Part shown: piece by piece, positions 37,415-46,985 of the stretch
How positions within the stretch are numbered: position 1 is the stretch's first letter
How the letters are laid out: every line of letters starts with the position of its first letter
DNA from: an uncultured bacterium
GTDB taxonomy: Bacteria; Latescibacterota; MWCZ01; CAZVGZ01
Reading direction: 5' to 3'
Assembly (NCBI GenBank): GCA_964627605.1
Contig: CAZVGZ010000007.1
Coordinates: 8,362 to 72,361, forward strand
Length of the DNA: 64,000 nt
The notes under the pieces: model-generated
Database searches by the model: none
Seen by the model: only the letters and a program-made list of their open reading frames with translations
Told to the model about the DNA's origin: nothing
Made by a program: the position numbers and the translations under genes

Positions 37415-38371
37415 GTGGCCCAAGTCGGATGCGCTGGAATACTGGTGGCAGATACATTCTGCGGACCGATGCCCGAACTCCCCCGCGAGGGCCATCTCCT
37501 GGCCATCGATGCCATTGAGCTCGGAGCAGGGGGATGTGCTGCCAACGTGGCGATCGGTCTGGTGAAACAGAGCTATACCGTTGATCTGGTGGCGTGTGTA
37601 GGCACCGACTCCTCTGCTGGGTCGCTGCTCAAATCCCTGGAGGACGACGGGGTCAGTTGCGAACGTGTAGTAGTTACCGAACTGTACCCGACAAGCAAGA
37701 CGATGGTCCTGTTGGTGGAGAGTCAGGATAGGCGGTACATACACACGTTCGGGGCTAACAGAGCGTTCACCATCGATCACATCGACCGTGACTGGGTGGC
37801 GAATCTGAAGGTATTATACCTGGGCGGGTTGCTAGCCCTTCCATCCATAGATATGGACGAGCTGGGGGACCTGCTCAAGTTTTGCGGGGAGCGGCAGGTG
37901 GTCACAGTTGTGGATGTGGTGATTCCTCATGGGACCGAGGTGTCAAGTGCGACCAAAAGCCTCCTTTCTGATGTCGATTACTTCCTTCCGAACGACGACG
38001 AAGCGGCGCAGATCACCGGCAAGTCCGATCCTTTGGAGCAGTTGAAAGATTTGGGCGTTTGGGGAGCATCTACCAACATCATCACCTTGGGAGAGAAAGG
38101 CGCCATTGCTGCCAACGAGGCCAGATGCTGGCAGGTAAGCGCATACGGTGTTGACTCGGTTGATCCTTCTGGTGCAGGGGACGCGTTCACCAGCGGGATC
38201 ATCGCCGGTATCCTACGTGGTCTCGAGATGCCCTCGATGCTTCGCTACGCCAGCGCTCTCGGCGCGAGTGTCACCACCGCTGTAGGCACCACAAGCGGCC
38301 TGCTGCCGCCTGCAGAGATCGACGCATTCGTCGAGGAACATCCTTTAACAATCGACTCCGGCACGTTGTAG
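37415..38371 (+). CDS. PfkB-family carbohydrate kinase
   Basis: GTG start 4 nt after the aldolase stop. The GG motif (LGAGGCAAN) and the anion-hole motif DPSGAGDAFTSGIIAG are present. This is the ribokinase fold. Confidence 0.85.
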   Translation: MAQVGCAGILVADTFCGPMPELPREGHLLAIDAIELGAGGCAANVAIGLVKQSYTVDLVACVGTDSSAGSLLKSLEDDGVSCERVVVTELYPTSKTMVLLVESQDRRYIHTFGANRAFTIDHIDRDWVANLKVLYLGGLLALPSIDMDELGDLLKFCGERQVVTVVDVVIPHGTEVSSATKSLLSDVDYFLPNDDEAAQITGKSDPLEQLKDLGVWGASTNIITLGEKGAIAANEARCWQVSAYGVDSVDPSGAGDAFTSGIIAGILRGLEMPSMLRYASALGASVTTAVGTTSGLLPPAEIDAFVEEHPLTIDSGTL

Positions 38372-38407
38372 CGGTGCGCCAAAACCTCCCGTGAAAGGGT
38401 AAAATAG

Positions 38408-38656
38408 GTGATGAAGAAGATTGAGATGAAAATGCCCTACCTGGCAACAACAACTGACACTGTCACCGTGTTGAGTTGGCTGGTAGAGGTTGATGGGCCG
38501 ATCAAACGCGGTGAGCCGCTGTTGGAGATTGAGACCGACAAATCAATCATGGAGGTCGAATCTTACACCACGGGCACGTTGTGTGAAATACATGTGCAAC
38601 CAGGTGATGAAGTCGTAGTAGGGGAGCTGATAGCCACCATCGAGGTTGAGGGATAG
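38408..38656 (+). CDS. Stand-alone lipoyl-domain (lipoyl carrier) protein, about 80 aa
   Basis: PYLATTTDTVTVLSWLVEVDGPIKRGEPLLEIETDKSIMEVESYTTGTLCEIHVQPGDEVVVGELIATIE is a canonical lipoyl domain with the lipoyl-lysine in ETDKS. There is no catalytic E2 domain. Its stop lies 2 nt before the E1 alpha start. An alternative start is at 38426. Confidence 0.8.
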   Translation: MMKKIEMKMPYLATTTDTVTVLSWLVEVDGPIKRGEPLLEIETDKSIMEVESYTTGTLCEIHVQPGDEVVVGELIATIEVEG

Positions 38657-38658
38657 TC

Positions 38659-39675
38659 TTGATAAAAGGAGACAGCGTGATCGAGCAGACTACGGAGATA
38701 TCGGTCGAATCGGCCTCAGGCTACAGCGAAGAGTTCCTCAATGATCTCTACGCACGCATGGTTTTTGTCCGGGAATTTGAGGAAGGCGTCAAATTCCTGT
38801 TCCTGGAAGGCACCATGCCAGGCACCATCCACCAGTGTCAAGGACAGGAAGGTACCGCTGTAGGAGTCTGCACTGCACTGGAGAACGATGACTACATCAC
38901 ATCCACTTTCCGTGGTCACGGCCATGCGCTTGCCAAAGGTCTGACGCCTGAAGAGCTACTTTTCGAACTGTCCGGTGCCGGTACTGGTTGCTGCAAAGGC
39001 AAAGGCGGCTCGATGCATGTGGGGAATTTCGACAAAGGTATGATCCCCGGTATAGCGATCGTTGGCGGTGGAATCCCTTTGGCCGCAGGGATGGCTCTGG
39101 CTTTCAAGATGAAGCAGACGTCGCAACTGGTCGCATGCTTCTTCGGCGATGGGGCCACATCAGAAGGGGCGTTTCACGAAGGAATCAACCTGGCTGCGAT
39201 CTGGGACCTGTCTGTGATCTATGTCTGCGAAAACAACCTCTATGGTGCCTCCACCAGTTTCAATAAAGTCACGCGGGTGGAACGGATATCGGAGCGAGCA
39301 TCGGCGTTTGGCATCCGTGGCGAAACAGTCGATGGGAACAACGTTCTTAAGGTCTACGAAGCCACAAAGCAAGCTGCAGAGGAGTGTCGCGCAGGAGAGG
39401 GTCCCGTGCTTTTGGAGCTGCTGACATATCGCCGAACGGGCCATTCCCGGCGCGATCCCGGCCACTACCAGGCAAAGGATGAGAAGGAGTACTGGTTCGC
39501 GCGCGATCCCATCGAACGTTTAGGACGCCTCTTGGTCGCTCGCGGAGATGCGAATGAAGACTCTCTGGAGGCTGTACGCTCTGAGGCCGAGCGGCGATTT
39601 GACCAGGCGGTAGAGGCAGCGCGTCAAGAGCCGGAACCTGAGGTCGCAGATCTGTTGACGGACGTATATGCGTAG
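38659..39675 (+). CDS. TPP-dependent 2-oxoacid/acetoin dehydrogenase E1 component alpha subunit
   Basis: Motifs GQEGTAVG, GKGGSMH, GDGATSEGAFHEGINLAAIWDLSVIYVCENNLYGAS (TPP-binding) and RTGHS are present. Confidence 0.9.
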   Translation: MIKGDSVIEQTTEISVESASGYSEEFLNDLYARMVFVREFEEGVKFLFLEGTMPGTIHQCQGQEGTAVGVCTALENDDYITSTFRGHGHALAKGLTPEELLFELSGAGTGCCKGKGGSMHVGNFDKGMIPGIAIVGGGIPLAAGMALAFKMKQTSQLVACFFGDGATSEGAFHEGINLAAIWDLSVIYVCENNLYGASTSFNKVTRVERISERASAFGIRGETVDGNNVLKVYEATKQAAEECRAGEGPVLLELLTYRRTGHSRRDPGHYQAKDEKEYWFARDPIERLGRLLVARGDANEDSLEAVRSEAERRFDQAVEAARQEPEPEVADLLTDVYA

Positions 39676-39714
39676 TCATCTCCAGACCCGCTCACCACGA
39701 TTGAAGGGTAGCTA

Positions 39715-40731
39715 ATGAAGCGAATGAGCATAGCAGAGGCGCTGCGCGAGGCGATGGCCGAAGAGATGGAACGCGACGAGACCGTGTTCTGTATTGGTGA
39801 GGATATAGCCATACCAGGGGGTTTTGGTGGAGCATTTACCGCCACACTCCATCTTGAAAAGAAATTCCCCGATCGCATGTTGAATACACCGATTGCGGAG
39901 CTTGGGTTCTTCGGCGCGGCTGTAGGGGCTGCCATGATGGGGATGCGTCCCATCGCCGATGTGCAGTATGGCGATTTCCTACTGCTACCTATGGACCAGA
40001 TCATAAACAACGCTGCCAAAATGCGCTACATGTCAGGCGGTACGGTAAGTGTACCCATGGTCATACGGGCTCCGGTAGGAGCGACGGGCCGCGGATCGCA
40101 GCATGCCCAGAATCTGGAAAGATATTTCATCGGCGTGCCCGGCCTCAAGGTTGTGGCGGTCTCCAACGCCTACGATGCCAAGGGGATACTCAAGGCCGCC
40201 GTTCGCGATGACAACCCGGTGATGATGTTCGAACACAAGCTGCTATACGGCTCGAAAGGAACCCGCGCCGAGACCGGAACCACCGACGGTAGCAGGGAAA
40301 TCCCGGAAGAAGACTACGTCGTGCCGTTGGACCGTGCGGCGGTAGGACGCGAGGGGTCGCAAGCGACTATCCTGTCCTGGCTGCTGATGCACCACTTTTC
40401 GATGGCGGCTGCTGATACTCTCGCCGCCGAAGGCATCGATGTGGAGGTGGTCGATGTGCGTTCGCTATCCCCTTTCGACTACGACACAATCTGCAAATCG
40501 GTACGCAAGACCGGAAGAGTGGTTATCGTGGAGGAAGGCCCCAAGACCGGCGGCGTCTCCGCAGAACTCGCCACAGGAATCATGGAGCACTGTGGAAAAG
40601 AATTACAAGAACCGATAGTCCGTGTAGCTTCCCCGGACGTTCCGGTGCCATTCGCGCCGGTTCTGGAGAACGCCTATCGCCCAGATACGCAAAGGATAGT
40701 AGAGGCGGTACGTCGGATGCTGCAGGATTGA
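39715..40731 (+). CDS. TPP-dependent dehydrogenase E1 component beta subunit
   Basis: Transketolase-like Pyr domain (CIGEDIAIPGGFGGAFTATLHLEKKFPDRMLNTPIAELGFFGAAVGAAMMGMRPI) plus a C-terminal domain. Confidence 0.9.
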   Translation: MKRMSIAEALREAMAEEMERDETVFCIGEDIAIPGGFGGAFTATLHLEKKFPDRMLNTPIAELGFFGAAVGAAMMGMRPIADVQYGDFLLLPMDQIINNAAKMRYMSGGTVSVPMVIRAPVGATGRGSQHAQNLERYFIGVPGLKVVAVSNAYDAKGILKAAVRDDNPVMMFEHKLLYGSKGTRAETGTTDGSREIPEEDYVVPLDRAAVGREGSQATILSWLLMHHFSMAAADTLAAEGIDVEVVDVRSLSPFDYDTICKSVRKTGRVVIVEEGPKTGGVSAELATGIMEHCGKELQEPIVRVASPDVPVPFAPVLENAYRPDTQRIVEAVRRMLQD

Positions 40732-40767
40732 TTTCGCAACCATGGTCACCGACCAGGAGCTGACACT

Positions 40768-41313
40768 ATGCTGACCAAGGCGCAAGTGAAAGCGTACCAG
40801 AACCAGGCCGCCGATATGTTCCTCAAAGCCGGAATCTATATCACGGACCAGGAGAGGGAACAGGTCGAGATCGCAGATTTCGACCTGGATCAGTTCGAGC
40901 AGACAGGGTTGGGGGTGCTGGTATACGTGAATACCGAACGATGCTGCGCCAAGGAGCTGGCGATGTGGCCACGCCAGACATGCCCTGAGCACCATCACCC
41001 CTCCAGCGGCGACAGACCGGGCAAAGAAGAGACATTCCGCTGCCGTTGGGGGACGGTGTACCTCTATGAATCCGGCGAGCCAACTACCGAACCAATATCA
41101 AAGCCGCCTGTCGGCCGAGAACATACCTACGATGTCTGGCACGAGATTGTGTTGAAGCCAGGCGACCAATACACACTTAGTCCTGCTACCTGGCACTGGT
41201 TTCAGTCTGGAGATGAAGGGGCGGTAGTCTCAGAGTTCTCCTCAACGAGCACTGACGATACCGATATCTTCACCGACAAAGAGATTCAGCGAGACACACA
41301 GATCGTAGATTGA
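40768..41313 (+). CDS. D-lyxose/D-mannose ketol-isomerase-like cupin (Lyx_isomer family)
   Basis: ERCCAKELAMWPRQTCPEHHHPSSGDRPGKEETFRCRWGTVYLY matches the AKEL...CPEHHH...KEETF cupin metal site of D-lyxose isomerases. Confidence 0.65.
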   Translation: MLTKAQVKAYQNQAADMFLKAGIYITDQEREQVEIADFDLDQFEQTGLGVLVYVNTERCCAKELAMWPRQTCPEHHHPSSGDRPGKEETFRCRWGTVYLYESGEPTTEPISKPPVGREHTYDVWHEIVLKPGDQYTLSPATWHWFQSGDEGAVVSEFSSTSTDDTDIFTDKEIQRDTQIVD

Positions 41314-41466
41314 TGCGAATACAGCATCCAGAGCCTAATTCGTTCACGTTAACTGCAGCGCTGGCGGGCATGCCACCATCACCCGAATAACACGCGCCAC
41401 GTCGTCAGGATTGGAGTTGCTGCGCGGGGCCATCGGTCGTGCACTATCGCATTGGTTAGGCACCCG

Positions 41467-44412
41467 TTATATAGACAGTAGATAGACCTTTGTGATGACG
41501 TGCATTGATGTTTCAGCGGCAGCGGTGATATTGATCTCATAAACCCGCTCAGTTGTAGATGGACCGATCTCAATGCGCCACACCTGCCATCCACAGGGGT
41601 AAGTCTTGTGCCCCATCGCCTCGACGAACTCCGTGTTTCTTCCGTCATGCGTAATCTCAGCCTTGAAATACCGACCAGGGCCGTTCCTTTTAACAGGGCG
41701 TTCGTCATCGAGTACCTGCGCGACGATCGCCAACACTCCGTCGGCTGAGCAGGCCGGAACCGTGACAGTGCCACTGACCGTCGCTTTTGGTATAGACTCG
41801 GCTTTGGCACCGTCCCCATCAGAGTCTTCTATTGCCAGGTGCATGTGCGGACTGTCGAAAGACGTTTCGACATCCATCACGAGTGTACGACTCGGTTCGT
41901 CGAAGCCCTTTTCGATCTGTTGGTCAGGCAGCGAGATATTGGGAGCCGGTTTCGGCCCCGATGGCACCACCTCCAGCAGCATCACTTCGAACGGCCTAAG
42001 TGCATACGAGATCGCGCCAGAAAACGAGCTCCCCTCGCCGTTGACGAGTCGTGCAGGGGACGGGTACCGCCGATAAAGGTTCCATTCTTTTCCGTCGGGA
42101 AGGCCTATCTCGGCACCTAGTTTGAGCCGAACGGTAACATCATCCCAAGTGGGGTTATTCAGCGCCACGAACGCACGCTCGCCTGACGCGCAGGAATAAC
42201 CGTACGGCTCGTTGTTTAGTGGATCGCCGACCACTAGGCGTGAAGTGCGAAAGCACTCGGGATATGCGCGCAGAATAGCGATGAGCTCTGCGATCTCATG
42301 ACGTTCCAGGGGAGTTAGCCAGTCGTGATCGCTCCAGGGCTGCGCCAACATGCTGCCCCGGCAGATGTCCATCACGAATGCATTCTGCCACCGCTCTTTC
42401 CCGATGCTGCTATTCCACCACCAGTTTGAGAGCCATACGCCGAGAGAATCCTTCCCCAACGCCGGAACATCTCGGCAGTAACGCTGCATCTGGTCTAGAC
42501 CGAGCGTCACACCGTCCCGAGCGTAGAGCGTCGGGACTGCGGCAGGTGAGGCTGCTTCGACTGCGAGGCCCGGCTCAAATAGCGTGTCTGCATGGAGAAG
42601 CCACCATGGCGAGCGGTACCCCCAATAGAGCATCAGGAACACTTCGGGACTCTCATCGTCCATGGCATTCAGAAAAGAGATGACCGCTTCGTGTATAGCC
42701 TCTGTCGAGTAGATGCCTGGCAAATGGTCGTGTTCGACGTTCGAACAGTAGGAGCGAAGGTTGTCGAATTTGAGCAGCCGAACGCCGTTCTCACGGATGT
42801 GGTGGCGAAATGCGTTTCGATATACGCTTTTTGTCGGATCTGTCGCTCGACAGAGAAACGCCCCGGCCCCAGCGTGTGGTTCATACGACCGGTTGGTGGT
42901 CCGCGTCGGTGCGACGGCTGGGTTAGCTCCGATGGACCAACTGCCTCTCGAGCTAGCAATCCAGAGCCCCGGTGAGCTGCCGAGCGACTGGATCGCTTCC
43001 CGAACACGGTCGAAACCATCGGGGAACCTGTCCGGCGCGAAGCGTGTGAGATCACCGCGCGGGTCCACCCAGAAATCCGTGGTGTAGACGTCAAACCGGC
43101 AGTCCGTCTCTTCTTGTGACTTAGCGACCTTCTCCAAGCTGTCCAATACGATCTCTTCGCTGTTCAGCACCCAACGATCACTATCTTCCTCTATCGACCA
43201 CGAGCCGAATGCCGTGAATATCGCGTATGGGTGGTCGTGTTTGCGCACAGTTCTTCGCATGCGTCCTTCGACATGCCTCAAAAACTGTTCTCGGGTTTGA
43301 TTGCCGTCGCTCACTCCATACACGATTTCGCCTGCATCCCAGGCCTGCCCTGGCGACAGCGCTATTCCGATATTCCAGCCCGATGGGTGAGCGATACAGA
43401 CGAACCGGTCGTCACCGATGTGGACTGGGAAACCGCGCTCGCCGTCAGATACGCTGGTTTGCGTTTCGTATTCACCGAGCCCAGCATGCATCAGACGAAT
43501 TGGCGCTTCGCCGGAGTTCATAAATGATGTTTCTTTGCGCAGTACCGGTTCCATCGACGAAGCACGATACACTACTCGCGCCGAGAGGGATTGGTCGTCG
43601 GTGGACAGCGAGAACGAAACCGTCACCTCGCCTGGAGAGTCGTCGTCAATATCGACAGCCTCCACGCGAAGACGCGGTGCCTTCAACCCGGTACCGGCGA
43701 CGACGTACTGCTCGAACGGTGACGCGAGGATGCTGCACGCTGGCATGTGCCAGTTCTGAAGAGGGTCGATGTCATCAAGCTCTTTGGGGCGAAGAAACTG
43801 ATCCTGGAGCTGCACGGTGATGGTGTTGATCTGCCCGAACCGAACGTGCGATCGGAACTGAGAGTCGGAACCTATATCGAACACGCCGGGGCTGGTCCAG
43901 CGGCCAGACGTACGCCTGACGCCTGCTACCTCGCCGTTGACGAAAACCCGCATGTAGCGATAGTCGCCGAGACCGTAGCCCCCAAGCATCAAGCTTAGTG
44001 GTTCCCCAAAGGCGGAGTCAGGAAGGAACAGATTTGTTCTCGCCCATATATGACGTCCTCCGGTATCAGCTCCCTCATCGATCAATGTATCACTAACTTT
44101 CCACGTCGAATCGTCAAACTCAGCGGCATGGAATCCTGCGACGTAGCCAAAATCCTCGTCTGGATCGGACACCGACTTCTCCGACTGTTTAATCGCCCAA
44201 CCCTCTATCCAGTACCGAGCTTTGGCCGCGTCCAACTCGGCTTCGCACTCGATCCCATCGCCCAGGGAGATGGTCCGACCAGTGAGTCGGTTCTCCCACT
44301 CAACACCACACAGGCCGTCGCTTGTGTCGAGCTGCAACCGGTAGACCGGAGTTTCGATGTCGATTCTGGCGCCATTGACCCCTACGCTCGCGCCGACAGT
44401 TTCGTCGCCCAT
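41467..44412 (-). CDS. Large cytoplasmic GH36/clan GH-D-like glycoside hydrolase (alpha-galactosidase superfamily)
   Basis: Start is ATG at 44412 with an AAGGAGGT Shine-Dalgarno. The central TIM barrel FDVYTTDFWVDPRGDLTRFAPDRFPDGFDRVREAIQSLGSSPGLWI...VRLLKFDN resembles the GH36/GH27 catalytic core. N- and C-terminal beta-sandwich domains are present. No signal peptide. Confidence 0.65.
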   Translation of the reverse strand: MGDETVGASVGVNGARIDIETPVYRLQLDTSDGLCGVEWENRLTGRTISLGDGIECEAELDAAKARYWIEGWAIKQSEKSVSDPDEDFGYVAGFHAAEFDDSTWKVSDTLIDEGADTGGRHIWARTNLFLPDSAFGEPLSLMLGGYGLGDYRYMRVFVNGEVAGVRRTSGRWTSPGVFDIGSDSQFRSHVRFGQINTITVQLQDQFLRPKELDDIDPLQNWHMPACSILASPFEQYVVAGTGLKAPRLRVEAVDIDDDSPGEVTVSFSLSTDDQSLSARVVYRASSMEPVLRKETSFMNSGEAPIRLMHAGLGEYETQTSVSDGERGFPVHIGDDRFVCIAHPSGWNIGIALSPGQAWDAGEIVYGVSDGNQTREQFLRHVEGRMRRTVRKHDHPYAIFTAFGSWSIEEDSDRWVLNSEEIVLDSLEKVAKSQEETDCRFDVYTTDFWVDPRGDLTRFAPDRFPDGFDRVREAIQSLGSSPGLWIASSRGSWSIGANPAVAPTRTTNRSYEPHAGAGAFLCRATDPTKSVYRNAFRHHIRENGVRLLKFDNLRSYCSNVEHDHLPGIYSTEAIHEAVISFLNAMDDESPEVFLMLYWGYRSPWWLLHADTLFEPGLAVEAASPAAVPTLYARDGVTLGLDQMQRYCRDVPALGKDSLGVWLSNWWWNSSIGKERWQNAFVMDICRGSMLAQPWSDHDWLTPLERHEIAELIAILRAYPECFRTSRLVVGDPLNNEPYGYSCASGERAFVALNNPTWDDVTVRLKLGAEIGLPDGKEWNLYRRYPSPARLVNGEGSSFSGAISYALRPFEVMLLEVVPSGPKPAPNISLPDQQIEKGFDEPSRTLVMDVETSFDSPHMHLAIEDSDGDGAKAESIPKATVSGTVTVPACSADGVLAIVAQVLDDERPVKRNGPGRYFKAEITHDGRNTEFVEAMGHKTYPCGWQVWRIEIGPSTTERVYEINITAAAETSMHVITKVYLLSI

Positions 44413-44429
44413 TCGGGTAACCTCCTTGC

Positions 44430-44963
44430 TTAGGTGACAGCTTGCTGCCTCTGGAGCGCCCACTCATGGCTGCCGTGCATGTCGAAGTTGTGGCCTTTGA
44501 TATTCGGTCCGTGCCAGTTGTTCCGCGCCTCATACGCTGTGCCTGGGACGCCTGTGCCCGCTATCGCGTGTCGAGTGTTGTCGAAACGGTTCGCTTCGAT
44601 CAGCGCGTCAGAGCCGTCGAGGCATACTCCGTAGCCTAGTCCCGCACGATGGCAGTGGTGGATGTAGTTGTGATGAATGTGCGTGCCTTTGGCTTCGGGT
44701 CCAGAGCCGATTGCCGCGTGGCTCCAGCCGAACAGCTCGCAGTTGTCGACTTCAAGACCAGGATGGCTGCCCATTATTCCCTGACCGATGGGGAAACTCT
44801 TATATCCCTTCCCGTTCCATGTGAGCTCAGGGTGGTTGTTGAGCACTTCGATTAGCTCATATCCATGGAACTTCTGGTCTGGCCCTTTGATCCTCAGACC
44901 CGTGATGCGGACACCTGGGCCTGTGGACCAAATCGATTCCAGCGATCTTTGTTGATTGAACAA
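44430..44963 (-). CDS. Right-handed parallel beta-helix repeat protein (177 aa; possibly truncated)
   Basis: Repetitive G-x-x-NxxxH/Cxx beta-helix turns (IHHNYIHHCHRAGLGYGVCLDGSDALIEANRFDNTRHAIAGTG). Short for this fold. It lies 18 nt after the CocE/NonD gene in another frame. Confidence 0.45.
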   Translation of the reverse strand: MFNQQRSLESIWSTGPGVRITGLRIKGPDQKFHGYELIEVLNNHPELTWNGKGYKSFPIGQGIMGSHPGLEVDNCELFGWSHAAIGSGPEAKGTHIHHNYIHHCHRAGLGYGVCLDGSDALIEANRFDNTRHAIAGTGVPGTAYEARNNWHGPNIKGHNFDMHGSHEWALQRQQAVT

Positions 44964-44989
44964 GGTGCCATATCAAACCACGTTTCATG

Positions 44990-46663
44990 TTAGTCGATTA
45001 TCGGCAGAATTATGTGCGACGGATGGTCGGCGTCGTGGCAGATTTTCTGTTTGGCGATCACCATCTCTGTTTCTGTTGCCGGATTACCGCCTGTGTTCAA
45101 GTTCCTGTCCCACAGTGGGAAATTGCTGCTTGTAATGGCCAACCGAATGCGATGCCCCTTCCTGAAAACGTTACTCGTTACCTGTAGGTCTATGGCATAT
45201 TCGTACACCGCGTTTGGCTCGATCAGTTTGGGGGCGTCCCACACCGATTCCCGCCATCGCGCACGAATCACCCCCTCGGTGATGCAGATTGACCGTCCAT
45301 CCGGATATACGTCGGTCAGCCTTGCCACGAAATCGGTGTCACATGCCGATGTCGCCGCGAACAGCTTCGTCAAGACTGACCCTGTTACCTCGATGTCCCG
45401 ATCAAGTGGGTCCGATGTATAAACGAGAATGTCGTCTCGCTGCTCCACCGATCGCTGATCCATCGGGCCGGGTTGCACCAGTTCGTAAAGACCCGGGTTG
45501 TACGGCCCTATCGAGTGGTTACCGCCACGCGTGGGCGCAGGGTCTGCTGGGTCGTAGGTGTAGGTGTCGACAGGCTCTTTGCCTGGTGCATCGGTCGTAA
45601 GAGAGCCTTCGAAGTGCAGATAGTAGTTCACGTAGCGTGTCTCTTTAGGAGGCCACTCATAGAGGTCGCGCCACACGTTGGCACCCATAACGAATATCCG
45701 AATTGGCGCTTGATGGAAGTCTGAGGCGTCACCACCGTGCAGCATGCAGTCCAGCCAACGATTTGTTGCGTCATTCTCTGAGGTTGCGACTGCGCCGAAA
45801 TCGAGTTCGCCCAAGATGCTCGTACCGGAAATACCGTGTGACCATGGTCCGATAAGCATGCGATGCGAGTCCCGGATCAATGGTGTCGGCGCATTCTCGC
45901 GGATGCTGATGAAATTCCGAAACGTCTCCGCTGCGTAATTGTCATACCATCCGCCGATGAGGAACACCGGCATGGTAAATCGGTCGGCGCGTTTGCGGAT
46001 GTTAAGAGCTTCCCACTCCTCGTCATATTCAGAGCGGGAGACGTAGTCGCGGTAGGAAGGCACTTCACTTATCCCACTTGCCAGGTCCAGGTCTGTAATC
46101 GGCAGCGTGCGAAGCACAGACTCCACGTCGAAATAGGGCATCCATGGGGCATCGGACGTTTGCGACGAGCATTCGAAGCACAGCCAGCTCCACGTAAGGG
46201 CCAAGCTGAATGCACCGTCGCAGTAGTAGGCCCGTTTCCAGCAATCGCCCGCCATGAAACCCGGGTTCAACACATGGAGCATCTCGGCACTGTCCATAGC
46301 CGCAGCGAACTGCGTGGCTGCGAGATATGAGTCGCCAAACATGCCCACTTTGCCGTCGCACCACGGCTGGCTGTGTATCCACTCGAGCGTGTCGCGCCCA
46401 TCCGCCGCCTCGTGGGTGAACGGGTAGTACTCACCTTCGGAATCGTAGCGACCCCGCACATCCTGGACGACGAGGATCATTCCGTGCTCTGGAAAGAACC
46501 GGTCGAAGAGTCCCAAGCGGTTGTAGGCCGTCCTGACGAGCGCGACAGGATACATGCCTTCACGCAGCGGTTGGTAAACCGATGTCGCAAGCGATACACC
46601 GTCGCGCATCGGAACGCCCACATGCCGCGAAAAACGGCAATCGCTTATGTGTGCTTCGATCAT
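44990..46663 (-). CDS. CocE/NonD family alpha/beta hydrolase (S15 X-Pro dipeptidyl-peptidase-like)
   Basis: Start is ATG at 46663 (MIEAHISDCRF...VPMRDGVSLATSVYQP). The nucleophile elbow is GDSYLA. The C-terminal beta-sandwich ends ...HPSHIILPIID. Confidence 0.85.
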   Translation of the reverse strand: MIEAHISDCRFSRHVGVPMRDGVSLATSVYQPLREGMYPVALVRTAYNRLGLFDRFFPEHGMILVVQDVRGRYDSEGEYYPFTHEAADGRDTLEWIHSQPWCDGKVGMFGDSYLAATQFAAAMDSAEMLHVLNPGFMAGDCWKRAYYCDGAFSLALTWSWLCFECSSQTSDAPWMPYFDVESVLRTLPITDLDLASGISEVPSYRDYVSRSEYDEEWEALNIRKRADRFTMPVFLIGGWYDNYAAETFRNFISIRENAPTPLIRDSHRMLIGPWSHGISGTSILGELDFGAVATSENDATNRWLDCMLHGGDASDFHQAPIRIFVMGANVWRDLYEWPPKETRYVNYYLHFEGSLTTDAPGKEPVDTYTYDPADPAPTRGGNHSIGPYNPGLYELVQPGPMDQRSVEQRDDILVYTSDPLDRDIEVTGSVLTKLFAATSACDTDFVARLTDVYPDGRSICITEGVIRARWRESVWDAPKLIEPNAVYEYAIDLQVTSNVFRKGHRIRLAITSSNFPLWDRNLNTGGNPATETEMVIAKQKICHDADHPSHIILPIID

Positions 46664-46985
46664 GAGACGGTCCTCTTGAGGGCGTCTGTTCCAGCACGCC
46701 GTCGGGCGAGATATGTTTCCATGTTTCTCAAATATCAGCGCCGCAGCACGCACATCCGGGCGAAAGCACACTCGGCGACCAAAAAAATTGCGTTGCTGAA
46801 GTTGAGTGTCAAGACCTCCACATCCGAATCAGTTCGCCCGCCTCACCCAACGCCCACGCAGCGGCCGGTTCACATCAGATGCCTAGACCGACCGCTTGTG
46901 ATATGGGTTGGATGGCGTTTCTTTCTGGGAGAACAGTTTTTGCGAATCAGATTTGCCTGCGCGAGATTCACTGACAGGAGAAGGA

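Noticed and set aside
37130-37780. 216-aa minus-strand ORF across the aldolase/kinase junction
   Set aside because: Antisense to two well-supported, tightly spaced genes.
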